29,544 nt of DNA, taken from an uncultured Staphylococcaceae bacterium. GTDB taxonomy: Bacteria > Bacillota_I > Bacilli_A > RFN20 > CAG-826. The notes under the pieces were generated by a model. That model was not told the origin of the DNA, made no database searches, and saw only the letters and a list, made by a program, of their open reading frames with translations. Position numbers and translations under genes: made by a program. The DNA lies in the NCBI GenBank assembly GCA_964548325.1, contig CAZJPX010000002.1, forward strand, positions 1 to 29,544, given 5' to 3'. Shown piece after piece: positions 9,731-18,716 of the stretch; within the stretch, counting starts at the first letter, position 1; each line of letters starts with the position of its first letter.

Positions 9731-12003
9731 TTTAATTTAACTACAGTCACTCCGGTTCCAGATGATGTATCATCACCTAATTTAAATGATTCAACTAGTC
9801 TTTGTTGTTTTAAATGAGCATGTACTCCAATACGTAATTTGCCAGTACCATAGCCATGAATTATTTTAACTTCTTTAATACCTGCTGCGTATGCTTCAGA
9901 TAAAAAATAATCGATTGAATTTTTTGCCTCTTCTACTCTAAATCCGATTAAATTTAATGTTCGAGCTGTTTGTTTTCTACCTAACAAATCATTATCGATG
10001 TTGACTAGTTTATAAGTGGTTTTAGGTTTGTTGTTTAAAAGTTTAAGTTTACTTAAAGTTGTATTAATAGATAAACCTTCGTTAGTTGTGATTGTATATT
10101 TGTCTTTATTTATTGCTTTAACAACTCCTTCAATGTTTGTATCTAACACTTTAACATAATCATTAATCTGAATATTATCGGTTTCTTTTTCTATCAAGTG
10201 TTCAAGTTGTATTTCTGCTTTTTTTAAGTTTTTTTCTTGCAAAAATTCGTTATAAATTAAATTTATTTCTTCTTGTATTGATTCAATGTATTGATCTAAT
10301 TCATCTAATTTTCTTTCTTTTAACTTTGTTTCTTTAGTAGATAATTTTTCTTCCTTTGTTATTAATTCAGTTTCCTTTTGTTTTAGAATTTCTATCTTTT
10401 GAAGTAGCTCAATTTCTTTTTGTCGTAGTTCATCATTTTTGTTTTCAATTTCAGTAATTTGTTCATCTACTCTACTAGATTTATCATTATAAATACTTCT
10501 TGCATCGTTGATGATCGATTCCTTTAAACCAAATTTTTTACTAATTAAAAATCCATAACTTCTACCACTTATTCCAGTTAATAATTTAAATGTTGGTTTA
10601 ATATTTTCTTTATCAAATAAAAAGGATGCACTCAGTATTTGTTTATTAGATAATCCAAACTTTTTTAAATTTTCATAATGAGATGTGATGAATCCTAAAC
10701 AAGATTTGTTGAGTAAAAATTTTACAATTGCAATACTTAATGATTCGCCTTCTCTTGGATCAGTACCAGTACATAATTCGTCAATGAAAATAATGTCTTT
10801 ATTAGTTATCTTTTTAAATATTCTAGCTAGATTACTAATATGAGCCGAGAATGTAGATAGATTAGCTTCTAATGATTGATTATCACCTAATTCGATATAT
10901 ATGTTATCAAAAATACCTAATATCGAATTCGATAAAGCAGGTATAGCAAGTCCCATTTGATTCATGGCAATTAATATCGATACAGTCTTTAATGCGACTG
11001 TTTTTCCTCCAGCATTAGGTCCAGAAATTAAAAATAATTTTTTATTTCCTTTTAATATAAAATCGTTAGGTACTAAATCATCTTTATTCATCAAGGGATG
11101 TCTTGCTTGATATAACTCAATAATCTGGTTGGATGAAATTTCTGGAATTACTCCATTGATATCAAAAGCATAACTTGCTTTTGTTTGATAAAAATCAATT
11201 AAAGACATATTGATATTATTTTTTAAAATTGAATCTCTTTTTTCATAAATCAACCTTGTTATTGAAGATAATATTTTATTTATCTCTTCTTTCTCTTCAA
11301 GCTGTAGATTGAATCTTTCGTTTTCAATTTCAACCAATTCAATTGGCTCAATAAATGAAGTCTTCCCACTGTCTGATATATCAAGTAAAAACCCTTTTAT
11401 TAGAGATTTCTTATTAGTATTAATTGGAAATGCATAATGTCCATTTTTATATGAAACTGTATCTAGACTCATTATTGATTTATATTTATTTAAACATTCA
11501 TCTAATATAACTTTTGTTTTCTTTTCAATTGATGATAGTTTCTTTCTTATTTCTTTTAATCTAACTGAGGCATTTGATGAAACTTCATTATTTGATGTGA
11601 TACATCTATTGATTTCATTTAATATGTTATCTACATCATCAAAATCAAAGATCTCACTTAGATAATTAAAAGAGATGTCTTTCTTTTTTATAAATCTTTG
11701 TATTTCATTAATAGTATTAATTTCATTTCTTAAATCATTCAAATTGATTTCATTTAGGACATATCCTTTTTTAATTTGTTTAAATATATTATTAAAATCT
11801 AGATTTGAAAAAACTGGTACATTTCCAAAATTACTTGCTAAACCCATATATTCTTTTAATTTATTTAATTCAGCAAGAATATTTTTTCTATTTCTTAGAA
11901 CCTTTAAATTTTCTATTTTTTCTTTTCCTAAAGGTGTCTTAGCATATTTAGAAAGCTCTAAAATTATCTTGTTAATTTCTAATGTAGAAACCAATTTATT
12001 CAT
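9727..12003 (-). CDS. mutS2: endonuclease MutS2 (MutS ATPase + Smr domain)
   Basis: ARHPL, GPNAGGKT, DELCTGTDP, SHY, C-terminal Smr domain (IIHGYGTGKLR). Confidence 0.95.
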   Translation of the reverse strand: MNKLVSTLEINKIILELSKYAKTPLGKEKIENLKVLRNRKNILAELNKLKEYMGLASNFGNVPVFSNLDFNNIFKQIKKGYVLNEINLNDLRNEINTINEIQRFIKKKDISFNYLSEIFDFDDVDNILNEINRCITSNNEVSSNASVRLKEIRKKLSSIEKKTKVILDECLNKYKSIMSLDTVSYKNGHYAFPINTNKKSLIKGFLLDISDSGKTSFIEPIELVEIENERFNLQLEEKEEINKILSSITRLIYEKRDSILKNNINMSLIDFYQTKASYAFDINGVIPEISSNQIIELYQARHPLMNKDDLVPNDFILKGNKKLFLISGPNAGGKTVALKTVSILIAMNQMGLAIPALSNSILGIFDNIYIELGDNQSLEANLSTFSAHISNLARIFKKITNKDIIFIDELCTGTDPREGESLSIAIVKFLLNKSCLGFITSHYENLKKFGLSNKQILSASFLFDKENIKPTFKLLTGISGRSYGFLISKKFGLKESIINDARSIYNDKSSRVDEQITEIENKNDELRQKEIELLQKIEILKQKETELITKEEKLSTKETKLKERKLDELDQYIESIQEEINLIYNEFLQEKNLKKAEIQLEHLIEKETDNIQINDYVKVLDTNIEGVVKAINKDKYTITTNEGLSINTTLSKLKLLNNKPKTTYKLVNIDNDLLGRKQTARTLNLIGFRVEEAKNSIDYFLSEAYAAGIKEVKIIHGYGTGKLRIGVHAHLKQQRLVESFKLGDDTSSGTGVTVVKLK

Positions 12004-12009
12004 ATCTAT

Positions 12010-12084
12010 AAAATATCACAAATCGAGCATTTATGCACATTTTATGGAGAAAGATGAGAGATAAATTGTGATTTGTGTTAAAAT
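12010..12084. promoter_or_regulatory. divergent extended -10 promoters for mutS2 (-) and rnhC (+)
   Basis: TG-T-TAAAAT at 12076-12084 (+), 6 nt before the rnhC ATG. TG-A-TATTTT at 12018-12010 (-), 6 nt before the mutS2 ATG. No SD in front of either gene. Confidence 0.5.
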
Positions 12085-12090
12085 ATTTAC

Positions 12091-13026
12091 ATGGTTACAA
12101 TAAAAGTTGATGAAGAGACATTAAAACAAATTGAAGAAGAATATAAAGACAATATCGTAATGAGAAATGTCGGATATATTCTTTTTTCAATAAAAACTGA
12201 TGACTTAATAATAACCGCTTATGAAAATAAAAAGAAAGCCTTTTTTAAAGTAACATTGCAAGGAGAAGATGTATTACCACTTGCTAAAAAATATTCTCTT
12301 GAAGAAAACTTCATGCCAAAAAAGGAAAAGTTAATTAAAGAATCTCCATATTTTGTTGATATCAATGAACAAATAGGAAGTGATGAAGTTGGAGTTGGTG
12401 ATTTCCTTTTACCGATCGTCGTATGTGCTTCTTATATCGATTTATATACAATGAAATTTATTAAAGATTATAAGATCATTGATTCAAAAAAAATTTCTGA
12501 TCAAGCAATATTGGATGTAATGCCAACGTTATTAAAAAAGATTCATTATTCTTGTAAGGTTTTATCTAATGAAAAATATAACACTCTAATTAGAGATTAT
12601 GGATATAATCTAAATCATATAAAATCTATTCTACACAATGCATGTTTAACTACTCTTCATAGAAGATGTCCATATGTAGGTAATATATATGTTGATAAGT
12701 TTTGTGAAGAACCTAGATATTATGAATATCTAAATGATCAACAAGAAGTTACTAAGAATATCATCTTTAAAGAAAAAGGCGAATCATATTTTCCATCTGT
12801 GGCCTTATCTAGTTGTATAGCTAGATATTTCTTTTTAATCGAAGTAGATAAATTAAATAAAAAATATCGTGCTAAATTCCCACTAGGTGCTGCAAAATAT
12901 GTCAATGAATTTTCATTAAAATTTATAAATAAGTACGGATTAGAAGAGTTTAATAAAGTTTCAAAACATAATTTTAAAAATTACCAAGAGGTAATGGAAG
13001 CATTTAATAACACACCATTAGTCTAA
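12091..13026 (+). CDS. rnhC: ribonuclease HIII
   Basis: N-terminal extension followed by GSDEVGVGD, DSKK, KGES and VALSSCIAR motifs; divergent from mutS2 as in Bacillus. Confidence 0.92.
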   Translation: MVTIKVDEETLKQIEEEYKDNIVMRNVGYILFSIKTDDLIITAYENKKKAFFKVTLQGEDVLPLAKKYSLEENFMPKKEKLIKESPYFVDINEQIGSDEVGVGDFLLPIVVCASYIDLYTMKFIKDYKIIDSKKISDQAILDVMPTLLKKIHYSCKVLSNEKYNTLIRDYGYNLNHIKSILHNACLTTLHRRCPYVGNIYVDKFCEEPRYYEYLNDQQEVTKNIIFKEKGESYFPSVALSSCIARYFFLIEVDKLNKKYRAKFPLGAAKYVNEFSLKFINKYGLEEFNKVSKHNFKNYQEVMEAFNNTPLV

Positions 13027-13932
13027 TTTTTCTAGCACATCTTTAAAATATTTTGGGAGATCAATTTCAAGGACGATATCTTTTTTTGTTTTCGGATGAA
13101 TGAATGTTAATTTATATGCATGAAGCAATTGACCATCATTATATATAGATAAACTTCCTCCATATAATTCATCACCAACAACAGGATGTCTAATACTAGA
13201 TAGATGAACTCTTATTTGATGTGTTCTACCTGTCTCTAATCTACATTTAACAAATGTGTACTTATCATATCTTTTAATGACTTCTATATGAGTGATAGCA
13301 TCTTTCCCGTCTTTATTGTCAAGTGCCATCTTCAATCTGTTTTTCTTATCCCTACCTATCTTTCCTACGATCTTTAAATAATCGTTTGGAATACTACCAT
13401 CAACCAATGCATAATATTCTCTTTGCATAGTGTGAGTTTTTAATTGCTCAGCAATATCATTATGAACAAAATCGTTTTTACAAATTAATAACAATCCTGA
13501 TGTATCTTTATCAATTCGATGGACAATACCTACTCGATATTTTCCATTAATTTTAGATAATTCTTTGTTGTTATAAATCAACGCATTAACAAGTGTATCA
13601 TTATGATGTCCATTAGATGGATGTACCACTAATCCTTGAGGTTTATTTATAACAATCAAATCATCATCTTCATAAACAACATTTAGTTTCATCTTCATAG
13701 GTTCGATAATATCGCCTTCTTTTTGAATATATGTGACTTCAATTTCATCACCTTCTCTTATTAAGTATGAAGATGAAACAATTTTTGAGTTTACTTTTAC
13801 TAAGCCTTGTTTAATTAATAGATCAAAATATGTTCTCGAATAATCTTTTTCTATGATTGATAGGTATTTATCAATTCGTAAAAGATTTTCACCTTTTGAT
13901 ACTTTATATTTCTTAATTTTTGTTTGAATCAT
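13018..13932 (-). CDS. rluD: RluA/RluD-family 23S rRNA pseudouridine synthase
   Basis: S4 domain, INKPQGLVVHP, VHRIDKDTSG, LETGRTHQIRVH. Start likely ATG 13932 overlapping the lspA end. Confidence 0.93.
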   Translation of the reverse strand: MIQTKIKKYKVSKGENLLRIDKYLSIIEKDYSRTYFDLLIKQGLVKVNSKIVSSSYLIREGDEIEVTYIQKEGDIIEPMKMKLNVVYEDDDLIVINKPQGLVVHPSNGHHNDTLVNALIYNNKELSKINGKYRVGIVHRIDKDTSGLLLICKNDFVHNDIAEQLKTHTMQREYYALVDGSIPNDYLKIVGKIGRDKKNRLKMALDNKDGKDAITHIEVIKRYDKYTFVKCRLETGRTHQIRVHLSSIRHPVVGDELYGGSLSIYNDGQLLHAYKLTFIHPKTKKDIVLEIDLPKYFKDVLEKLD

Positions 13933-14599
13933 CTTTTTCTTTTTCAGCAACTCGAGTACGATACCACCTAGATTCTTTTATAGCTACAACTATAAAGTAA
14001 ATAATTAATGCGACGATAGAACATACAAGAATTGAATCTGCTATATTAAATATTCCAAATCCTGGCCACCAGGATGTGATATCAAGAAAATCAATCACAC
14101 CTCTTTCATAAAAGAAAGTGCGATCAATTAAATTTCCAATATCTCCTCCAACTATAAAAGCACAGATTATGAATAAACCTAGTTTTATATTTTCTTTTTT
14201 ATAAACTAGGTAAATAAAATATCCAATTAATCCTATAGCAACAGCCCAAGAAATTATGATGAGTATAATTCTACCAGCTTCACTTTCTCCAAATAATCCC
14301 CAAGCAGCACCGGTATTAGTTGTATAAGTGAATCGTATAATGTATGGAATAAAATCGACTTGATATGGTCTAAGATTATTTGCAATTACTTTTGTTACTT
14401 GGTCAAAAATAACAGAAAATAAAATTATAATTGCTCCAATTATAGTTAAGAAAATGTAAGGATGTTTTTCTTTAAAAACTTTTATAAAACATTCTTTTTT
14501 ACTTTCAGGATTATTTTTTTCATTATCAAAAGAAAAATCCTTATTTTCATCAATATTTGTGCAATTTTCAGTTATTTTTTCTTTTTTTTCTTCACTCAT
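13913..14599 (-). CDS. lspA: lipoprotein signal peptidase II
   Basis: DQVTK, NTGAAWG, GNLIDR, VIDF, FNIADS; ileS-lspA-rluD synteny; about 45 aa charged N-terminal extension. Confidence 0.95.
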   Translation of the reverse strand: MSEEKKEKITENCTNIDENKDFSFDNEKNNPESKKECFIKVFKEKHPYIFLTIIGAIIILFSVIFDQVTKVIANNLRPYQVDFIPYIIRFTYTTNTGAAWGLFGESEAGRIILIIISWAVAIGLIGYFIYLVYKKENIKLGLFIICAFIVGGDIGNLIDRTFFYERGVIDFLDITSWWPGFGIFNIADSILVCSIVALIIYFIVVAIKESRWYRTRVAEKEKDDSNKN

Positions 14600-14616
14600 T
14601 TAAGATATTTTCCTGC

Positions 14617-17373
14617 TTATTTTACCTTCATAACTTTCAAACATCTACCACATAGATGTGTTCCTTCAATCTCTTTAATTTCTTGTTTATCAAAGAAGTT
14701 CCAACATCTATCACATTTAATTCCATCTGCTTTTGCTACAGTAATTTCAGCAACCTTGCCTTTATAAGAATTCTTTATAGATTTATTATACTCATTTACT
14801 TTAGATACAATAAATAGCAATGGTTTTTCTGATGTAGCAAATTTAGAAAAAACTTTCTTACAATCTTTATCAAAAATGTACATGTTAATAATTGCATCAT
14901 TTGCTTTTCCAATAAGACCTGAGGTTCTTGCTTCTTCTAAAGACTTTAATACATCATCTCTTAAATCTCTAACTAGCTTATACTCTTTTGATAAACTATC
15001 TTTATAATTTTTAGTTATAGTTGGATATGAATAAAGTTGTACATTTTCTTCACTCTTTAAACAATATGCATTATTAACTTCATCCATAGTAAAAGGAATA
15101 ATAGGATTAAGTAATCTCATTAATGTGAACAAGATTTCATTAATAACGGTTTGAACCTGTAGTCTACGCTTAGATTTTTTATCTTCGCAGTATAAGATAT
15201 CTTTACAAATATCAAAGTAAAAACTAGATAAATCATCACTAATTAATTTCATAACCTCTGTCATCGCAGATACGAAATCAAAATTATCCATCGCTTTGAT
15301 AAAATTATTTTTAACAACCTCTAATCTTTTTAAGATATATAAATCTAATTGTTCAAATTCAGTTTGAATATCTTTTTTCTTAAAACGTTCTTCTAAAGTT
15401 CCATTAGATAAATTGCCAAGCATAAATTTAAAACAGTTTCTAATCTTTCTATATTGATCTGAGATTGTTTTCATTATACTTTCAGATAATTTTACATCTT
15501 GTTGGTAATCTGTTAATGCTGCCCAAAGTCGAAGGACGTCTGCTCCATATTCATTAATTAATTTTAATGGGTCGATGCCGTTTCCTTTTGATTTAGACAT
15601 CTTCTCCCACTTTTCATCTACGACAAACCCATGAGTCACGACCTCTTTATAAGGAGCAACTCCATTCACTGCAACCGATAAAATTAAAGAAGAATTAAAC
15701 CAACCACGATATTGATCGTTACCTTCTAAATACATATCGGCAGGATATTTTTGACCTCTCTCATTCAATACTCCATTCCAAGAAGAACCACTATCAAACC
15801 AAACATCCATGATATCTTTTTCTTTTTTAAATTTATTATTTGGTGAATGTTGATTTTTATATCCCTTTGGAAGCAAATCTTTTTCATCTAATTGATACCA
15901 AGCATTAGATCCTTTTTCTTTAATTACTTTTTCAATATGATCAAATACCTCTTTTTCTATAATTGGAGTTCCATCTTCACAGTAGATGATAGGAATTGGT
16001 ACACCCCATACTCTTTGTCGAGATATACACCAATCATTTCTATCTTTTACCATGTTGATCATACGGGTTTCACCCCAAGCAGGATGCCGTTTAACTTTGT
16101 GTATCTCTTCAATTAATTGATCTTTAATTGGTTCAATTGAACAGAACCATTGAGGAGTAGATCTAAATATAACTGGTTTATGAGTTCTCCAATCGTGAGG
16201 ATAACTATGGTTTATTTTTTCTACTTTTAATAAGTGTTTATTTTCTTCAAGTATTTTTAACACCTCTTTATTTGCATCTTCATAGAATAATCCTTCAAGT
16301 CTACTACCAGCATCTTTTGTCATCTTTCCGTGTTCATCAACAGGACAATACGGTTTAATTCCATATTTCAAACACACATTGTAATCATCAGCACCATGAC
16401 CTGGAGCAATATGAACGATACCAGTTCCAGTATCACCTGTGACATAATCACCTAAAATCATTAAAGATTCTCGATCATAAAATGGATGTTTAGCTTTAAT
16501 TTTTTCAAGTTCTTTACCTTTAAATGTCTTAACCAATTTACATTTTTTCCATCCAAGTTTTGTAGCAAGTTCTTTTTTTAAATCTTGTAGGAACAATACT
16601 TTTCCAATGTCTGTGTCATATAATCCATACACAAAACTTGGATTAGCACAAAGTGCTAAGTTTGCTGGTAATGTCCAAGGGGTTGTAGTCCAAATCAATA
16701 TTTTTGAATTATTAGGTAGAAGTTTTTTACCTTCTATTACATCAAAAGAGACATAGATTGAATATGAATCAACATCGTGATATTCGATCTCTGCTTCAGC
16801 AAGAGCTGATTCGCTGCTTGGAGACCAATAAACTGGTTTTAATCCTTTATAGATCAGCCCTTTTAAGGCGAGAGTTGCAAAACATTTAATTTCGTTTGCT
16901 TCAAATTCCTTATTCATTGTGAAATATGGATTATCATAATTACCTAGACACCCAAGTCGTTGAATTTCCTTTTTTTGTTTTTCTATTTGACCTAAGGCGT
17001 ACTCTTTACATTTTTCTCTAAATTGATCGATAGGAGTTGTCTTTCTATTAACTCCTGATTTTGTGACCATTATCTCTATTGGAAGACCATGTGTGTCCCA
17101 CCCAAAATCAAAGTTGGTTTTATATCCTTCCATGTTTTTAAGACGAACCACAAAATCTTTTAAAGTTCTATTTAATGCATGTCCGCAGTGCATCGCTCCG
17201 TTGGCATATGGAGGACCATCATGAAGCATATATTCTTCTTTTTTATTTTTATTTATTTTTGAATATAGTTGAGTTTTGCACCATTTTTCAACCAAAAGAG
17301 GCTCTTTTTTATTTAGATTACCTCTCATTTCAAATTCAGTTATTGGCATTAATAAACTATCTTTTGTTTCCAT
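14617..17373 (-). CDS. ileS: isoleucine--tRNA ligase (type 1)
   Basis: HDGPPYANG, WTTTPWTLPAN, DWCISRQRVWG, DVWFDSG, KMSKS, C-terminal Zn motif (CDRCW...CGRC). Confidence 0.99.
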   Translation of the reverse strand: METKDSLLMPITEFEMRGNLNKKEPLLVEKWCKTQLYSKINKNKKEEYMLHDGPPYANGAMHCGHALNRTLKDFVVRLKNMEGYKTNFDFGWDTHGLPIEIMVTKSGVNRKTTPIDQFREKCKEYALGQIEKQKKEIQRLGCLGNYDNPYFTMNKEFEANEIKCFATLALKGLIYKGLKPVYWSPSSESALAEAEIEYHDVDSYSIYVSFDVIEGKKLLPNNSKILIWTTTPWTLPANLALCANPSFVYGLYDTDIGKVLFLQDLKKELATKLGWKKCKLVKTFKGKELEKIKAKHPFYDRESLMILGDYVTGDTGTGIVHIAPGHGADDYNVCLKYGIKPYCPVDEHGKMTKDAGSRLEGLFYEDANKEVLKILEENKHLLKVEKINHSYPHDWRTHKPVIFRSTPQWFCSIEPIKDQLIEEIHKVKRHPAWGETRMINMVKDRNDWCISRQRVWGVPIPIIYCEDGTPIIEKEVFDHIEKVIKEKGSNAWYQLDEKDLLPKGYKNQHSPNNKFKKEKDIMDVWFDSGSSWNGVLNERGQKYPADMYLEGNDQYRGWFNSSLILSVAVNGVAPYKEVVTHGFVVDEKWEKMSKSKGNGIDPLKLINEYGADVLRLWAALTDYQQDVKLSESIMKTISDQYRKIRNCFKFMLGNLSNGTLEERFKKKDIQTEFEQLDLYILKRLEVVKNNFIKAMDNFDFVSAMTEVMKLISDDLSSFYFDICKDILYCEDKKSKRRLQVQTVINEILFTLMRLLNPIIPFTMDEVNNAYCLKSEENVQLYSYPTITKNYKDSLSKEYKLVRDLRDDVLKSLEEARTSGLIGKANDAIINMYIFDKDCKKVFSKFATSEKPLLFIVSKVNEYNKSIKNSYKGKVAEITVAKADGIKCDRCWNFFDKQEIKEIEGTHLCGRCLKVMKVK

Positions 17374-17390
17374 ATTTTACTCCTAAAAAT

Positions 17391-17414
17391 AAAAAACCTT
17401 AGATTGCTCTAAGG
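17391..17414 (-). terminator. T-box attenuator terminator of ileS
   Basis: CCTTAGAGCAATCTAAGG hairpin followed by TTTTTT; overlaps the 3' strand of the antiterminator. Confidence 0.85.
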
Positions 17415-17582
17415 ACGTTTAAATACGCGGTACCACCTTAGTTATTAGATATATAAAATCTAATCACTCATTGATAATGTAAATAATAAATAATAAAAGT
17501 GATACCTATTAAGTTCAATCAGTATCTTCCACCACGTGATACATTCTCTATAGATCAAGTTCTTAATAGACGTGTCTTTTAC
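17391..17582 (-). promoter_or_regulatory. T-box riboswitch, Ile specifier
   Basis: T-box AAGGTGGTACCGCG (17439-17426). Stem I has TAAAAG/CTTTTA and CTATTAAG/CTTAATAG helices, AGAGA and GGTGGAA motifs, and specifier ATC (Ile) at 17503-17501. Confidence 0.93.
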
Positions 17583-17590
17583 TGCAAATA

Positions 17591-17618
17591 ATTATAGTAA
17601 AATTTATAAATTAATCAA
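17591..17618 (-). promoter_or_regulatory. sigma-A-type promoter for the ileS leader
   Basis: TTGATT (17618-17613), 16 nt, TATAAT (17596-17591). Confidence 0.65.
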
Positions 17619-17620
17619 AA

Positions 17621-18703
17621 TTAAAAATCTTTCTTGTTTAAGAAAGATGGGATGATATCTTCGATAGAAGAAGAAGTGATAGTCTCATTTTCTATATTAT
17701 TTTTGTGTTCTTCATATAGATTGATGTTTGGTTTTGAAAAATCTATCTTGTCGTTGAACCCACTTGCAATAATTGATACATGAATTTGATCATTTAATTT
17801 ATCATCAATTGAGATACCAAACTTTAAATTTAAATGGTGGTTAGTGTGTTCGATGATTTTACTGACAACTGCAGTGGATTCATATAAGGATACTTTAGGA
17901 CCTGTTATGACATGACATATTCCTCTTGTTGCTTTTAAGATGGATTGATCACTAAGAGGAGTTGCTAGAGCTGATTTTACAGCCATTTCTACTCTTGATT
18001 CTCCTTCTCCTTTACCAATGCCAATTATGGCATATCCTCCACCTTTTAAGTTGTTTTTGATATCTGCAAAATCGATGCTAATTAAACCTGGTTTTAATAT
18101 TAACTCACTCACCATTTTAACAGCGCGCATTAAAACATCATCCACTTCCTTAAAAGCTTCATTGATTGGCATATCACCTTTTTCTAATAATAACTTGTCG
18201 TTGCTGACAACAATTAAACTATCGGTTCCTTCTTTAAATTTATTTATACCATCAATTGCGATCTTATTTCTTTTACTTCCTTCCATTAAAAAAGGGCGAG
18301 TAGCAATTCCTACGACGAGGGCTCCAGTATATTTTGCACTTTTTGCAATAATCGGAGCCCCGCCGGTTCCTGTGCCTCCACCCATTCCAGCAGCGATGAA
18401 TACAAGAGTTGCACCTTGGACTATTTCTTTGATCTCAACTATCGAATCAAGAGTAGCTTTCCTTCCAATTTTTGGATCTCCTCCTGCTCCGATTCCGTTG
18501 GTAATTTTTTCTCCAAGTAATAATTTATTTTTGGCATTAGATAGAGCAAGTGATTGTTTATCGGTGTTCAATGCATAAAAACTCACATTAGAAATTTTTT
18601 CATCGATCATCTTGTTGATGGCATTGCAACCAGCTCCGCCAATACCAATCACAACAACTTTATTGTTGCTCTTGATATTTTCAAAATCGAATAAACCTTT
18701 CAA
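17621..18703 (-). CDS. ftsZ: cell division protein FtsZ
   Basis: GGAGCNA, GMGGGTGTGGAP signature, DFAD, C-terminal IPSFL peptide. TTG start with SD AGGAG. Confidence 0.99.
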   Translation of the reverse strand: MKGLFDFENIKSNNKVVVIGIGGAGCNAINKMIDEKISNVSFYALNTDKQSLALSNAKNKLLLGEKITNGIGAGGDPKIGRKATLDSIVEIKEIVQGATLVFIAAGMGGGTGTGGAPIIAKSAKYTGALVVGIATRPFLMEGSKRNKIAIDGINKFKEGTDSLIVVSNDKLLLEKGDMPINEAFKEVDDVLMRAVKMVSELILKPGLISIDFADIKNNLKGGGYAIIGIGKGEGESRVEMAVKSALATPLSDQSILKATRGICHVITGPKVSLYESTAVVSKIIEHTNHHLNLKFGISIDDKLNDQIHVSIIASGFNDKIDFSKPNINLYEEHKNNIENETITSSSIEDIIPSFLNKKDF

Positions 18704-18716
18704 TGTCTACTCCTAA

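Noticed and set aside
18018-18578. 186 aa + strand ORF
   Set aside because: Antisense shadow of the conserved ftsZ core.
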